Assembly (NCBI GenBank): GCA_004431415.1
Contig: QPMI01000096.1
Coordinates: 140,114 to 204,113, forward strand
DNA length: 64,000 bases
DNA from: Cyanophora paradoxa CCMP329
Lineage: Eukaryota; Plantae; Glaucophyta
Reading direction: 5' to 3'
This document shows positions 46,501 through 59,179 of this stretch, one piece after another; the stretch's first letter is position 1, and every line of letters starts with the position of its first letter. The notes below the pieces were generated by a model, which did no database searches, had not been told where the DNA came from, and saw only the letters and a program-made list of their open reading frames with translations. The position numbers were made by a program, and so were the translations under genes.

Positions 46501-46993
46501 CGACCTCGCCGCCGGCGCCGAGCCCACCCCGGCACCCTACGACTGCCCCTCCTGGGTCGCCGGCGTGTGCGTCCCCGTCCCGAACGTCGCACCGTCCGCG
46601 GGGTCCCGCCGCGCGGCCGCGCCGGGCGCTACTCGCGCCTCGCCCTCGTCCCCGCGCGCCCGACGCGCGCACCGACGCGTGCGCCGCCGAGGCGCGCCGC
46701 GCCGGCGTTCCGTGGTCCGCCCGCCAGGGCCGCGCCTGCTGGCTCCTCCCCGAGTTTGACCCGGCGTCGGCGGGCGGGTGGGACTACGCGGGCCCCGACG
46801 CCGTCGTCGTCGAGCCGTCCCTCGCCGACCTGACCAACGGGACGCGCCCGCGCCTCGTGGTCTCCGGCTCCGGCACCCTCTCCGCCGCGGTCTACGAGGT
46901 CTCGTTCGGCGACTGCCCCGCGGGCCAGTGCCCGCTGGGCGCCATCCCGTACCTCTGCCACGCGGATTCCGGGACCTGCGTCGCGTCCCGGAA
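43549..46993 (+). pseudogene. Intronless, frameshifted, both-ends-truncated Cys-rich adhesin-like gene: PAN/apple-like, CDG..DxCGVCGGD repeats, LamG/ConA-like
   Basis: Repeated GCDG...DACGVCxGD units (44080-44630). LamG-like 'WSFASWIR...WHHLVLSR...IYVNG...LSDVRLW' and 'ALWPMNEGFG'. PAN-like 'CAEACAN...CGGASF....TCRL'. Protein-like sense switches frame near 45200, 45570, 45890, 46500 and 46650. Confidence 0.7.
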
Positions 46994-47609
46994 GTCTGCG
47001 CACAAACATGTCGAGCTCGCGCCTGAGCGGCGCCTCACCTGTCACAGGCTGTCAGTCCCTCGTGCGGCTGGGGGCCCCGTCACCCGTGTCCTACCAATAA
47101 GAGTACCGTGGGGCCGGAAGGCCTCACCCCTCCTGGAACGGTTCGAATTCGCTGCACAAAACTATCAAGGTGGACGAAATAAAAGACAAAACCACTCAGA
47201 ATTGCCGACCTCCGATCCTACGTTAGGTCGGTAATTACAGATGAACGGATTTAAAAAACCTAGCTGCAGATGTAGCTGCAGAAACGGACTCATCAAAGCC
47301 AGCGTGCTTCAAGGCTTGCCGCTGCTTGAAGTCTGCTTGGAAGAAAATTGTGTCAATATTAATAGAATGCGGCTGCAACTAGAATTTGAAACCGAGCTGG
47401 AGGTACTACATCCGTTGTATAATATACGGATACCTGCATACGCGAAACTAGCTTCTATACAAACGAGGCGAGGCTGTAGCTCGGGCCGAGATCATCGGTG
47501 TCAGAAAACACAACAACAAAAAATGCAAGCGGGAAGCTTTAAGGGCCTAAGTAATCGAAGACGCAAGCTCCCGGAGTCGGGAGGGCCTCCCATCGAGTCG
47601 ATCAATCGA

Positions 47610-50600
47610 TCAGTTGTAGGGGTCGAGGTAGTACCCGCCGGCCTCGCCGTCGCGATCGCAGAGGTTCGAGCTGCAGCTCGAGCCCGGCTGGAACGAGCTG
47701 GTGGAGGCCGCGTGGCGGGGGTACCGCCCCACCGAGAAGCCCGGCGCGCCCGTCGCGGCGCGCACGGCGTCCGCCAGCGGGCCCCAGCGCCGCGGGTCCT
47801 CCGAGGCGGCCGGGCCCAGGGCCGCCAGGAAGCCCTGCGGTCGCGCCGCGGATCAAATCCCGGATCAAATTCGAATTCGATCCGGATCAAATCTCATACC
47901 TGGAGGGCGGCCTCAGCGTCCGTGCGCCAGAGCGACTGGATCCGGTCCTGGATGTGCGCCGCCTGCAACGCCTGCAGCGAAAATCAGGGGGCGGTTGGCG
48001 ACGCCTGCGGCGAAAGTCGGGGGCCGTACCCGGGCACGGCGGATGATGTCGGGGCGCTCCCGCTCGATCCAGTCAATGATGGCTGCGGCGAAGATGAGGG
48101 AGGGGTACGCAAGGAAACTTCCGAAAGTTGGATTCCAAGCGGGGGCGCGCGCACCGAGATGGGGCGGGCGACGGGGTCCAGGGGCTCAGTGGCCGGCGGC
48201 GGGTTCCCCCGCCGGTCCGCCACGTACGAGAGCCACTGAGGGGGAGCTCAGGCGCAGTGCGGGATCGTGGGAGGGCCCGGGCAGGGCGGGGCGGACCTGG
48301 AGGATGGCGGCGACGCCCGAGAGGTCGTCCGGCACCGTCAGGTGCGAGACGCCTGCACGCGGCGGCCGCCGGGCGTCAGTCAGAAAGGAGAGCAGGCTCT
48401 AGCAGATCCAAATCGTGGCCGGGCAGGGCCGGTCCGGGCCGGTCCGGGCGGGGCGGGGCGGGGCGGGGGCGGGGCGGACCGTTGGTGTGCATGACCTTGG
48501 TGCCGCCGATCTGGAGGTTGCTCGTGTAGACCTCCCGCCCCAGCACCTGGCCCCACCCTTAAGCTTCAGAGGCGCGGAGAAGACGAGGGGCCGGGGAGGG
48601 AGGGAGGGCGCCTTGTTTAGGGCCTGGAAGCCGGTGAGGATGATGGGGCCCGTCCCCGTCTTCTGGATCACACGCTGCGGCCTGCGCCTCAGCGAGCGCA
48701 GAGAGGCCTGGCCTAGGGCGGGGCGGACCTGGCCGAGGCGGACGAGGTAGGCCCCGATGCCCACCGTCCGGCTCGTCACGAACCTGTACGCATACGTCGC
48801 GGCCGCGTGAGAGAGGGAGAGAGGGAGGGAGGGCGCGAACTGTTAAGAAGATAGATCTCATCTAATCCATGGCCATCATCTAACCCATGTTTCTTTCTTG
48901 CTCTCTACGCACGTGAGGGTAAAGGTCTCCTCGTAGGCGCGGCTCGTCTCGCCGGCGATGAGGCCCGAGCCCGACAGGTTCTCCACCCCGAGCCCGTCCT
49001 CCGCCCCGATCTGGCGGCGCCGGCGTCAGCGGCGCCGAAAGACGAAGGCCGAATGTTCAGAAGAGGAGCTAGGATCGTGTCAAAGGAGCCGGTGGATAGG
49101 AGATGGATGGTTGGCTGGTCCGGGGAAGGAGGAGGACGGCAGCGCTCGAGCCAAATCCAAACGAGCGCACGATGTCGAGGATGCGGTAGCGGGTCTCGGA
49201 GCCGCCGCCCTCGCAGACGACCGTCACGGGCTCGCAGACCACCGACTTGCCCTTCAGCCGCTCGTGGTCCGCGGGGGTCAGGTACAGGTACCGGTGGCCC
49301 TGAAGGAAGAAGAAGGAGAAGAGGGAGCTTAGAAAAGCTTAGGATGAAAAGAGATGGAGAAGCTTTAGGGCGCGGGACCTTGGCGGGGCAGCCGGGGTCC
49401 ACCCACTCGACCTTGAAGCAGGCCTTGACCTGCGCTCCCGCGCGCCGTCAGCTCCGGAGGAGGAGGGGACGAAGGGGAAGCTTAAGGGATCGGCACAGAG
49501 AGGGGGAGGGGGGGAGGGGGCGCGGAAAGTGGCGGCCTCCTATCGCTCGCTCGCGCTCAGCGGAGCGGGGATCTATCTCAGGGCCTAGGGGGAGGGGGCG
49601 GGCCTCGGCGGCGAGGTGGATGCGGGCGCCCGAGTTATAAGGCTCTATAAGGTTCCAAGGTTCTCTAAGGTTCTCTAAGGTTCTCTATGATGAGGCTCTT
49701 CGGGTTAGGCTTCTAATTATAAGGTTCTTCCTTAAGAAGAAGAAGGGAAAGTTTAAGGGATCGGACCTCGGCGGCGAGGTTGATGCGGGCGCCCGAGTTG
49801 GCGGCGAGGTACACGCGGGGGAGGCCCTCCCGCCGGGCCAGCTCCGACGCCTGCTCAGGTCGGATCGGATCAGATCAGATCAGATCGGATTTGATCGGAT
49901 CGGATCAGATCTGACCTTCTGGAAGAGGGCGTCCTCCTTGGGGCTGAACGAGCCGCTCTGGTGCGTGATGTCGTTCGCGATCAGAATGATCTCCCGGCCC
50001 CTGCGGGGGGTACAGCGATCAGGAGTCGGGGGGGGGAGAAGAGCGGATGAAATGGGGGCGGCGCACCCCTCCTCGGGGTACTCGGGCGTCCAGAGGCGCA
50101 TGCGCCACGCGACCATGCCCACGTCGTTCTTGCCGGGGCCCCTGAGCGCGGAGGAGCGCGGGTTAGACTTCGGCCGGAGAGGGGTACGAGAGGAGAGCGG
50201 GAGGGGGGTACCGGGTCGTCTCCTGGAGGGCGCCGTCGGGCCCAAGGACGAGCTCGGTCGCCTCCATCAGGCGCGCGTTGACCTTCGACTGGGAAACGCT
50301 CAGAAGCTCGAATAGAATAAGGGAGGGCGGGGGGGTACTTTCTTGCGGAAGGAGTAGGAGCGCCAGGCGTCGGCGGCGGCGCGGGCCGGGGCGGCGCGGA
50401 GGCGCTGCTCGGTGTTCGCCTTCCAGCAGTCCGCCAGCGCCTGCGACGGGCGAGGAGAGAGAGAGAGAGAGAGAGAGATTCGTAAGTGAGAGGGGCAGCG
50501 GAGGGCGGGGGGGCGGGGGAGAGAGAGGGCGTCCCCGGCACCTTCTCAAAGAGCGCCGGGAAGTCGTAGACGTAGGAGGTCCCTGCGGGGCGAGGGCGGG

Positions 50601-53600
50601 CTCAGAGGGGGGAGGAGGAATAGAAGGAGGAGGGGGAGCCCGGGACTTATATACAGAGCTTCTAAAAGAGAGCGAGGATCCGGAGCTTGAAGAAATTATC
50701 AGCAGGGGGCGAGGGGGAGGGGAGGGGAAGAGAGGCGGGCGCGCCGTTCTGCTGGGCGGCGATGCGCTTGCGCTCCATCGGGGTGAGGACGGGGTACGGC
50801 TCGTTCGGGTGGAGGCAGCCGGCCCCCGCCTCGGCGCACAGCGGCGTGTACTCAGTCTTCCCCGTCGCCGGGTCCAGCTGCGCGGGGCGAGGGCGGGATG
50901 GCTCAGAGCGAGGAGGAGGAGGAGGATGAGGGGAAGGGGAGGCCGGGGCTTGTACGAGAGAGGGAAAGATTGAGAGAGAGAGAGAGAGGAGCTTAAGAAA
51001 GCTTATGGAAGCAGAGCTCATCGGGAACAACAGAGCTCGCCCGCCCGCCCGCCCGCCCGAGGGCGGCCCCCCGAGGACTCAGGATCAGGACCGCGGCTCG
51101 GAGCGCGGGAGGGCTCTGCCCTTGCAACAACAACAAGGCCCGTCGTCTCATCGGAATCAACGATGCCCGTATATGTAGATGCCCGCCCGAGAGACTTCGC
51201 TCGCCCGCACCTGCTCGCGGTAGCCGTCGACGCAGAAGACAAGGCCGGTCGGGTTGGACGCGCAGACGCGCAGGTGCGTGTTCGTCGAGGCGTGCGGCTG
51301 CACCGCCGCCCGCACCTCCACCCCCGCCACCTTCGAGCGAGGAGGCGATCAGAGGGGAGGGGGGGAGGGGCGCGAGGCCCGGCTCGGCCCGGCTCGGCCC
51401 GGCTTGCCTTGGATTTGACCATGCGGGCGGCGTAGCGGCCGCACATGCGCCGCACGATCGCCAGGAGCGTGTCCCCCGAGATCGGCAGGTCCGGCCGGAT
51501 CTGCGGGGCCCCCGCGGCGATCAGGCCGGGTCCCGTCTGGATCCAGAGATCTACGATGCTGGGCTACCTCTAGGAAGACGTCTTTAGGTCTTTAGACTTT
51601 TAGATATTTAGTTTTTTAGGTACTAATCTCCAATCAGATCAGATCAGATCAGATCAGGTCTGGGCTGACCTCGAGGAAGACGTGGTTCTGGTCGGTGCGC
51701 TTGTAGCGCGCATCGCACCCCGCCGCCTCCAGCGCCTGCGCCCGAAACGCTTCAGCTCAAGGGGATGCCCGAGCGGCCGAGGACGGGAGATCCCTCGCGA
51801 GGCCTTCGAGGGCAGGGGCCGCATCGGCCCGGGCAGTGAGGCTCCCAGCTATTAGCTTCTTCTAGCTTATTCTAGCTTCTTTTGGCTTCTTCTGGCTTCT
51901 TCTAGCTTCTCCTAGCTTCTCTTCCTTCTTTCCTTCCCACTCACCTTGAGGCCCTCAAGGAAGACGTGCTCGGCCTCCGGGATCGAGACCGCCGCGTCCG
52001 TCCGCCCCACGAACAGGCTCGCCTGCAGCCCGCGAGGATTAAGAGGACGAAAAGGAAGAATTGGGGGGGGGGGAGAAGAGAGGGGTACGCGCCTGGCGGA
52101 CGATGGCGCGGACGAAGAAGCGGCGGTCCGCGTCCACGGGGCCGGACCCCTCCTCCCCGCCCGCCGCCGGCTTCCCGGCACCCGCCGCCCCGGCCGCCGC
52201 CGCCGGCTTGGTCGACTGCGCACGGGGCGTGAGTGCAGGGCGGGAGAGGGGTACGAGGAGAACAATGCGAGTGGGGGTACCTTCTCCTCGGCGTAGTAGA
52301 GGTGGATGTGCCTCTCCGCCGTGCTGCACTTCGTGACCGTGAAGTTCGACTGCCGTGAAGTTCAGGGGGTACGGTACACAGCCGGGGGTACGGGTAGGCG
52401 GCCCGGTGGGGGAGAGTACCAGGCGCTTGAGCTCGAGCTCGTAGGAGAAGGCGGGGAGTACGTGGCGCAGGATCGTGTCCTCGCCGTACCCCAGGTTTTC
52501 CCGGAACGTGTAAAAGGCGGGGTACTCCGCCGTCCGCCCCACGATGAACGTCACCTGAGACGGCAGCCTCAGATCAGATCAGATCTGAGATCGAATTCGA
52601 AGAATCGGGCCCGTGCGTGCCATCTTAATGCCTGCGGCGAGGAGGCCGGCCGCGTGGGCCTTGCAGATGCGCGCGAGGTGCTCCACGAAGAACTGCGGCG
52701 AAAACAAATGATGAGAATCTCTAAAAATAGCTCATCGGGGGGTACGTGCGCGCGCGCACCTGCTCGGTGGGGACGGGGCTCGCGGGGGTATCGTAGACGA
52801 TCGCGACGTCCATGACGTTCACGGCCGGGGGGTTCCCCGCCTGGGGCGCCTCCAGCTGCAAACTGGCCCGGTACGCCGCCAGCGTCTGCCGCAAGGGAGG
52901 GAGGGGGGGGATGAACGAAGAAGAGAGGAGGAGCGGAGGGGGGGGGGTACGCACAGCCGGGAGGTCGGCCTCGAGCTGCTCGAAGCTGCGGAAGAGGACG
53001 AGGGCGCCCCTGCGGCGAAAGAGCCGGCGAGACCTCTCACATCTCTCATCTGATCTGATCTGATCCGATCCGATCCGACGCACCGGCGGCGGACGGGGGC
53101 GCGCCCGTGGCCCTTGCGCTCCGCCGCGCCGGCGAACAGGAACGTGAAGTCGACGCGGGACGGCTTCCCCTCCTAAACCGGGGCGGGGTACCGTCAGTTG
53201 TAAGGGGGGGCGAAGTCGGGGGGGGGAAGAGAAACAGGGGGTACCGCGTTGTGGAGGGACACCGCCTCGAGCTCGTACTGCACGTACGTGCGCCGCACGA
53301 ACGACTCCAGCGCCGCCCCCGCGACGTCTTTTTTTTGGGGGGGGGGGGAAGTGAGGGGAAGGAGCCGGGCGAAGGAGGGTACGGCGAACCGGGCTCTGGG
53401 TGGGCGAACATGGGGACGAGGATGTCGTAGATGCCGTAGTTCGCCTGGGCGGGGTTGAAATCAAGTAAGAGAGAAGAAGGTAAAGAAAGAAAGGAGAGTG
53501 ATAAGAGGGCACCTTGACGATGTGCAGGCAGCCGGCGGCGCGGGCCCCCGCGGGGCCCGAGGCCGCAGCCGCCCTCAGCTCCTCCTCCAGCCGCTGCTGC

Positions 53601-56600
53601 GAAAGTCAGATATGATCCGAGAGTCGCATCTGAAAACGGGGCGGGGCCCGCCTGCTTGCGCTGGTCGTTGGTGGGGTTCGCCATCGCAGTGAGGAGCGCC
53701 CGCGCGCGCAGCGCCACTGCCGGTGGCATCGGCGAGGGGGAGGAGGAGGGGTACCGGCGGACGTCTGTCTCGAGGCGATCGCACGCACCTTCCGCGTAGG
53801 GCCGCCCGGCGAACGCAACGAGCTAAGGAAGGCGGGGGGTACATTGAGCTTCGGCCCGACCTCGGCGAGCGAAAAAAACGCGCGGGGGGGGGGGTACCGC
53901 ACCTGGTGGAGGGCGGCGGCGTAGGGCTCGAGGGGCCCGGCGGCCATCTTCTCGAAGGCGGCCGCCAGGAGCTTCAGCTTGCGCGGCAGGCCCGCGTGCG
54001 AACGAAGCAGGTCCACCGCCTTTCCGGGGGGGGGGGGGGGGGGAAGGATCAGGGTTGTCGAAAACACTGGAAAGGCTGTACCCCCCCCGCACCTTGCCGA
54101 GGTCGGCGTGGAACTCGTCCCGCAGGGCCTCGATCGCGTCCTCGTCGGGCTTCCCCTGCGCTATTTTTAGGGCGGGCAAAGGGGGGGTACGGCGGCCTCC
54201 GGACGGACCGAGGAGAAGGGGAGCTCGGAGGCGATGAATTCGCGGAGGAGGGAGCCCAGGGCGGCCGCCTCGCGCCCGGGGAGGCCCCCCGCGTACGCCG
54301 AGCAGAGCTCGGCAAGGGGCTTGGCCTGCGCGGGAGAGAGCTATAGATAAGAGAGAAGCGGGGGCGGCTCGTATGTATGAGGCGTGGGAGGGAACCTGGG
54401 CGGCGAGGGCGTCGCGCTCGGCCTTGGAGGGCAGCGCGGCCGCCGTCGCCTCGAGGAGGTCGCTGAGGGGCCCCACCCGAAGCAGCTCGGGGCGACCCGC
54501 GCCTTCGCCGGCCGCCAGCTCGGCCTCGTAGGCGGCGAGCACCGCCTCGGCGCCGGCCACAAGCGCCGGCGGCACGCGCGATGCGATCACGCTCAGGACC
54601 TGTGCTCGGGTGAGCCGTTCCCATCTTGCGACAGTCGCGCTCAGGCGGGCGGATCCGGACCTCGCGGAACTCGAAGAGGGGGAGGCGGGGGTCCCGCAGG
54701 CGCCCGACGAGCTCGTCCAGAACCTCGGGGCGCCCCTCGTAGCCGGCCATCACCGCCCGCGCCCCCGCCAGCGCCTCCCGCATCCGCTGCTGCGGCTGCC
54801 CCCGCACGCCGGTCATCAACCGCTTTCCCTCCGGCCCCCTCCCCCTCCCCTCCCCTCCCTTCGTTCTCGCACCTTGTCGCCGGTGGAGCGGGGCGGGCGG
54901 GCGGGGGGGAGGGCCCCGCGCCACTCGGCGGCGCGGCGGACGCGGGAGGGGTCGTCCAGCTCCAGCGTCGCGATCAAGTCCCCCGCTTCCAGCACGGAAC
55001 CCTCCACCTGATCCCGGCTCGGATCAGATCAGATCAGGCTCAGGTGATTCGGAGGACCTTTCGGTAGGAGATGCGGCCGGCCTCGGGGGCCACCAGCGGC
55101 ATGTACCTGGCGGGCGAGCAGGCCGGGATCAGATCAGATCGGATCAGATCATATCAGATCATATCACATCAGATCGGATCAGATCAAATCGCACATCTTC
55201 ATGACCTCAATCTCGGCGTAGGGCGCGCCGGCCCCCACGTGCGCCCCGTCCTCCAGCAGGTGCCGCACCAGCTTCCCCGTCATCTGCGAACGAAGCTGCG
55301 GGGGTACAGGATCAGAGTGGAAGGGGGGGGGGGGGGGGGGGATCCGCGGGCCTGGCTGGGGTCGTACTCCTTGGGGAACTGGCAGGTCCTGCCGTCCAGC
55401 AGGAGGCGAAGCCCTCCCACCTCCTCCCGCGCGTACACAACGTGCGACTTGCCTGAAGCGGCGGTGAGACCCGGGGGGTGGGGGGGGGGGAGATGGAGGG
55501 GTACGGAATCTTCCTCACCGTCGAGGAGGACGAGGAGGCCGCCGTCGGAGAGGGGCCGCACCTCCGCCTCCACGGCGGTCTTGTTCGCCATCAGCCGGAA
55601 GCTGCGCATGGGGGGTACCGTTTCATAGGGACCGGCGCGCTCGGGGGTACGGGGGCGAACCAGTGCGGCCCCGTCTGCTGCGCCGAGAAGACGTACTTGA
55701 CGTCATCGTAGATCAGCTCCACGGCCGACGTCACGCCCAGCAGCAGCCTCGAGGGGACCTTCCGGGCACGGCTCGGCGGACGGGTACGGAGAAAGAAGGG
55801 GGGGGTACCTGGCCGCGGGCGAGGGCCTCCCGGACCTCGTCCGCCCGCTGCCCCGCCTGCTTGTGCGCGCGCTGGGGGGTACGTGAGCACAGGCCGGGGA
55901 GGGGGTACATGGCGTTGGGGGAGGGGGGGGGGTACCTGGAGGGCCCCGCAGAGGACGGCGGTCATCGTGTCGGGGCGCTCCGCGCTCACCTTCTCCGCGA
56001 TGAGGCCTGAGGGGGTACCCGGTGAGCGAGGGGCGAGGGGGTACGAAGCAGGGGATGGGGGGGGAGGGGGGGGAGGGAGGGAGGGGGTTTTTACCGTCGA
56101 GCCACTGCGTGTGGAACTGGTTCTCGGCGTAGTTCTTCATCTGCAGCAGCTTGATGAGGTACTCCACCTGGGAGGGGTACCGGCATCATCAGCTCGAGAT
56201 CGAACACCCAAGGGGAGAGGGGGGAAAAGGTTCACCGGGGTACGGATGTCTCCGTGGATGGAGATCTCCTTCAGGGCGCAGACGAGGTTCTTTCGGGCCA
56301 CGTCGCGGGTCTCGCCCCACGCGAACAGGTGCCCGAACTGCAGTCGCGCACGCGCGGGTGAGCGAACTCCACGTTTCAAATTAAAGGGCCCGAACAGGGC
56401 TCGAACCTGCGAGTCGGAGTACTCGTGGATGCCGCCGCGGCCGGAGACGGAGAAGTAGCCCCAGACGGACGTGCTGGAGCGAAAGTTGAGCTCCTGGATC
56501 TGCCCGCTCGTCGGCTGGAAGCCCTGCGAACGAAGTCAGATCAGACGCGCGCGGGGTACGTGCACCCCGGGGTACGCGGACCTCGTCCGGGTTCTCCGCT

Positions 56601-59179
56601 GTCGTCCGGCTTGAGTGAGCGAAGAAGGGGGGCGAACTTAAGTCAAGAATGGGCACCTGTGATGCGGGAGGCGATGACGTGGCCGTGCGGGGGCCGCCGC
56701 CGCTCGCACTGGTCCAGGTCGATCGGCGAGGCGCCCTCCGGGTCCTGCCGGGCGGCTCTTAGGAGGGCGGGGGGGTACACGAAGCTAAGGCCTAGGCCCG
56801 CTCGCCTCGCTGTAGAAGCGGCGGATCATGGGGATGCGGTCAAGGCGGATGCCCATGGCGACGTGCAGCTGGGCCGCCGGCATGTTCACCCCCGAGATCC
56901 ACTCCGTCACCGGGTGCTCCACCTGCGCCGGGGCCCTCGGAAAAGGAAACAAAAGGAAGGAAAAGGAGGGGAAAGGAAGAGGGGTGGGGGGGGGGGGAGG
57001 GGGGGGAGGGCGGGGGTGGGGGGGGCGGGCGGGGGGGTGGGGGGGGGACCTGGAGGCGGGGGTTGAGCTCGAGGAAGTAGAAGCGGCCTGCCTCGTCGTA
57101 GAGGTACTCGACGGTGCCCGCCGAGCAGTAGTTGACGAGCTTTGCGAGCCGCACGGCGGCCTTCTCCATCTGGAGCCAGACCTCGGGCGGCGCCGCCGTC
57201 ACGGGGCCCTCCTCCAGGATCTTCTGGTGCCGCCGCTGCACCGAGCAGTCGCGCCCGTACAGCGCGACCGCGTTCCCGTGCTGGTCCGCCAGCAGCTGGA
57301 CCTAAGAATTCGATCTCATGATCAGATTCGACTCATGATCAGCGGATCGAATTCGGACCTCGAGGTGGCGGGCGTTGGGGCAGAGGCGCATGATGAAGAC
57401 GGGGGAGCCCGGGACCTCGCCCAGCACCGCCCGGAAGGCCGCCGCCACGCCCTCCGGCGACGTCACCTGCGGCGCTTAAGCTTCCCCCGCTCGAAGGTGG
57501 AGGAGGAGGAGGGGGAGGAGAGCGCGGGAGGGGTGGAGGAGACCTTGCGGATGCCCTTGCCGCCGCCGCCCTCGGAGGCCTTGATCATGACGGGGTACCC
57601 GATCCTCTCGCCCACCGCCAGCGCCTCCTCCACCGTCGTCACGCAGGCCTGATTCGAAATTCAAATTCTGATCGAATTTGAATTTGAATTGAGGGCGGAC
57701 CGTGCGGTAGACGTCCTTGGGGATGCCCTCGGTCTTGTAGTCGACGGTGACGCCGGTGCCGGACCAGGCGACGCAGGAGACGTCGGCCGTCTGCGCCAGG
57801 ATCGTCGAGCCGATCTTGTCGCCCAGGTCCCGCATCGCCCGCGGGTTCGGCCCCATGAAGACTACGCCGGTTCGGGTCTCCGCGAGGGTCTCCGGGAGCC
57901 GCGGGTTCTCCGACGCGTGGCCCCAGCCCGGCCACACCGCGTCGCACCCCGTCTGCTCCGCGATGTCCACGATCTGCCGCCCGCCCGCGCGCGCGCGCCC
58001 GAGCTTGAGGACTGGCGAGGAGCCGGTCGCCGGGCCGGGGCGCATGCATATGCGCACGAGCGGAACGTTCGCGTAGTTGTTGTTGTTCGTTCCGCCGGGC
58101 ACGTCGACGACCTCGTCGGCCAGCCTGATGTACTCCGCGTTGACCTGCGCATGCGCACATGCATGCACGGGCGAGCGATCAAATTTGATCCGACTCCGGG
58201 GCGCGACGGAAGCGCCAGTCGCGGCTCTCTGGGGCTCCGGAAGCCAGCGCATGCATATGCGCACCCGCAGATCGTCCGGCGTCGCCATCGCGACGAACTG
58301 TATCGTGCGCTCGTTGCCGAAAGTCTCGTATGCCCAGCGGCGGATGGAGCGGATCGCCTTGCACGCGCCAATGCCGTTGTTAGCGACCAGGATCTTTCGG
58401 ATGACCTTCGTTCCTCCCAGGCGTCTGCAGTAGTCTGCAACTGCGTCCGCAGCGGCCGGCGCCGCGTCGGCCGCCGCGGTGTTCTGTTCGATCGGAGGCT
58501 GCTGCTTGCTCTCCCCGGCCGCCCCGCCATGAACGGCAAGGATGTTCTCTATCAGGCTCGCCTGCGAGCGCGCACGTACGTGAAGTCAGCGCGGCACCGG
58601 TTTGACGGGCGCGTCTTTGAGGGAGCTAAGTACTAGTCGGCTCGAGCTCAGGGACGCGAGTCGGACGTCATTGGCTCAGGGCGCAAAAGAAGGCTAAGTA
58701 GAGGCGCTAGAGCACGCCGGCATGTCAAGTACGCGTATCATCGGCGGGGTTTGGTCGGTTGGCCCGGATCAGGGGCCGGATCACGCCCGGAGGCCGGCGT
58801 AGAACGTCGGAGGCGAGAACCGGCGATATAACTTTTTAATAGACATTGATGGAAGCTTGAGACGTTCTTCGGCACGCGCACGGCAGGCGTACCATGGGGC
58901 TGTCGACGACTCGACGTCCGAAAGCTCAGCTGCAGGAGCAACCGTCGCCCACGCTGCACCACTCGAGCTTCGGTCGCGCAGTCCAGCGTCGGCTCCCGCA
59001 GCTAGCAGCTCCGCGAATCGACGGGTGGCCCTGCTGCGATCCGAGAGCCTGCGAGAGGAGCTCACGGGGTACACGTCTGACGCCGAGAATCGAAGATCAA
59101 CGTCAACGGCTTGCAGAGATATCGATCGCTGTGACGGGGACGTCGGCGTCACCGGGAGGATAAGCCTATAGCTAGGCAT
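47610..59179 (-). CDS. ACC1: Eukaryotic multidomain acetyl-CoA carboxylase (BC-BCCP-central-CT), with most of the C-terminal CT lobe absent
   Basis: [74 protein letters not shown], biotinylation site EVMKM (~55194-55208), [54 protein letters not shown]. The 5' exon starting at ATG 59179 and the exact stop are tentative. Confidence 0.93.

Larger units (their letters stand above)
38150..46995. mobile_element. Putative endogenous large DNA virus element (mirusvirus-like), degraded and rearranged
   Basis: No recognisable spliceosomal introns over ~8.8 kb, whereas flanking genes have one every ~100-200 nt. Short ORFs are packed on both strands with small AT islands upstream. There is a capsid-like fragment at 42526-42705 and virus-type Cys and Zn-knuckle ORFs. 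ORFs are truncated abruptly at both edges. Confidence 0.68.

Noticed and set aside
38150-46995. Polinton/virophage or bacterial contaminant
   Set aside because: No recognisable pPolB, integrase, packaging ATPase or long TIRs, and no operon-like bacterial genes or Shine-Dalgarno pattern. Not fully excluded without searches.
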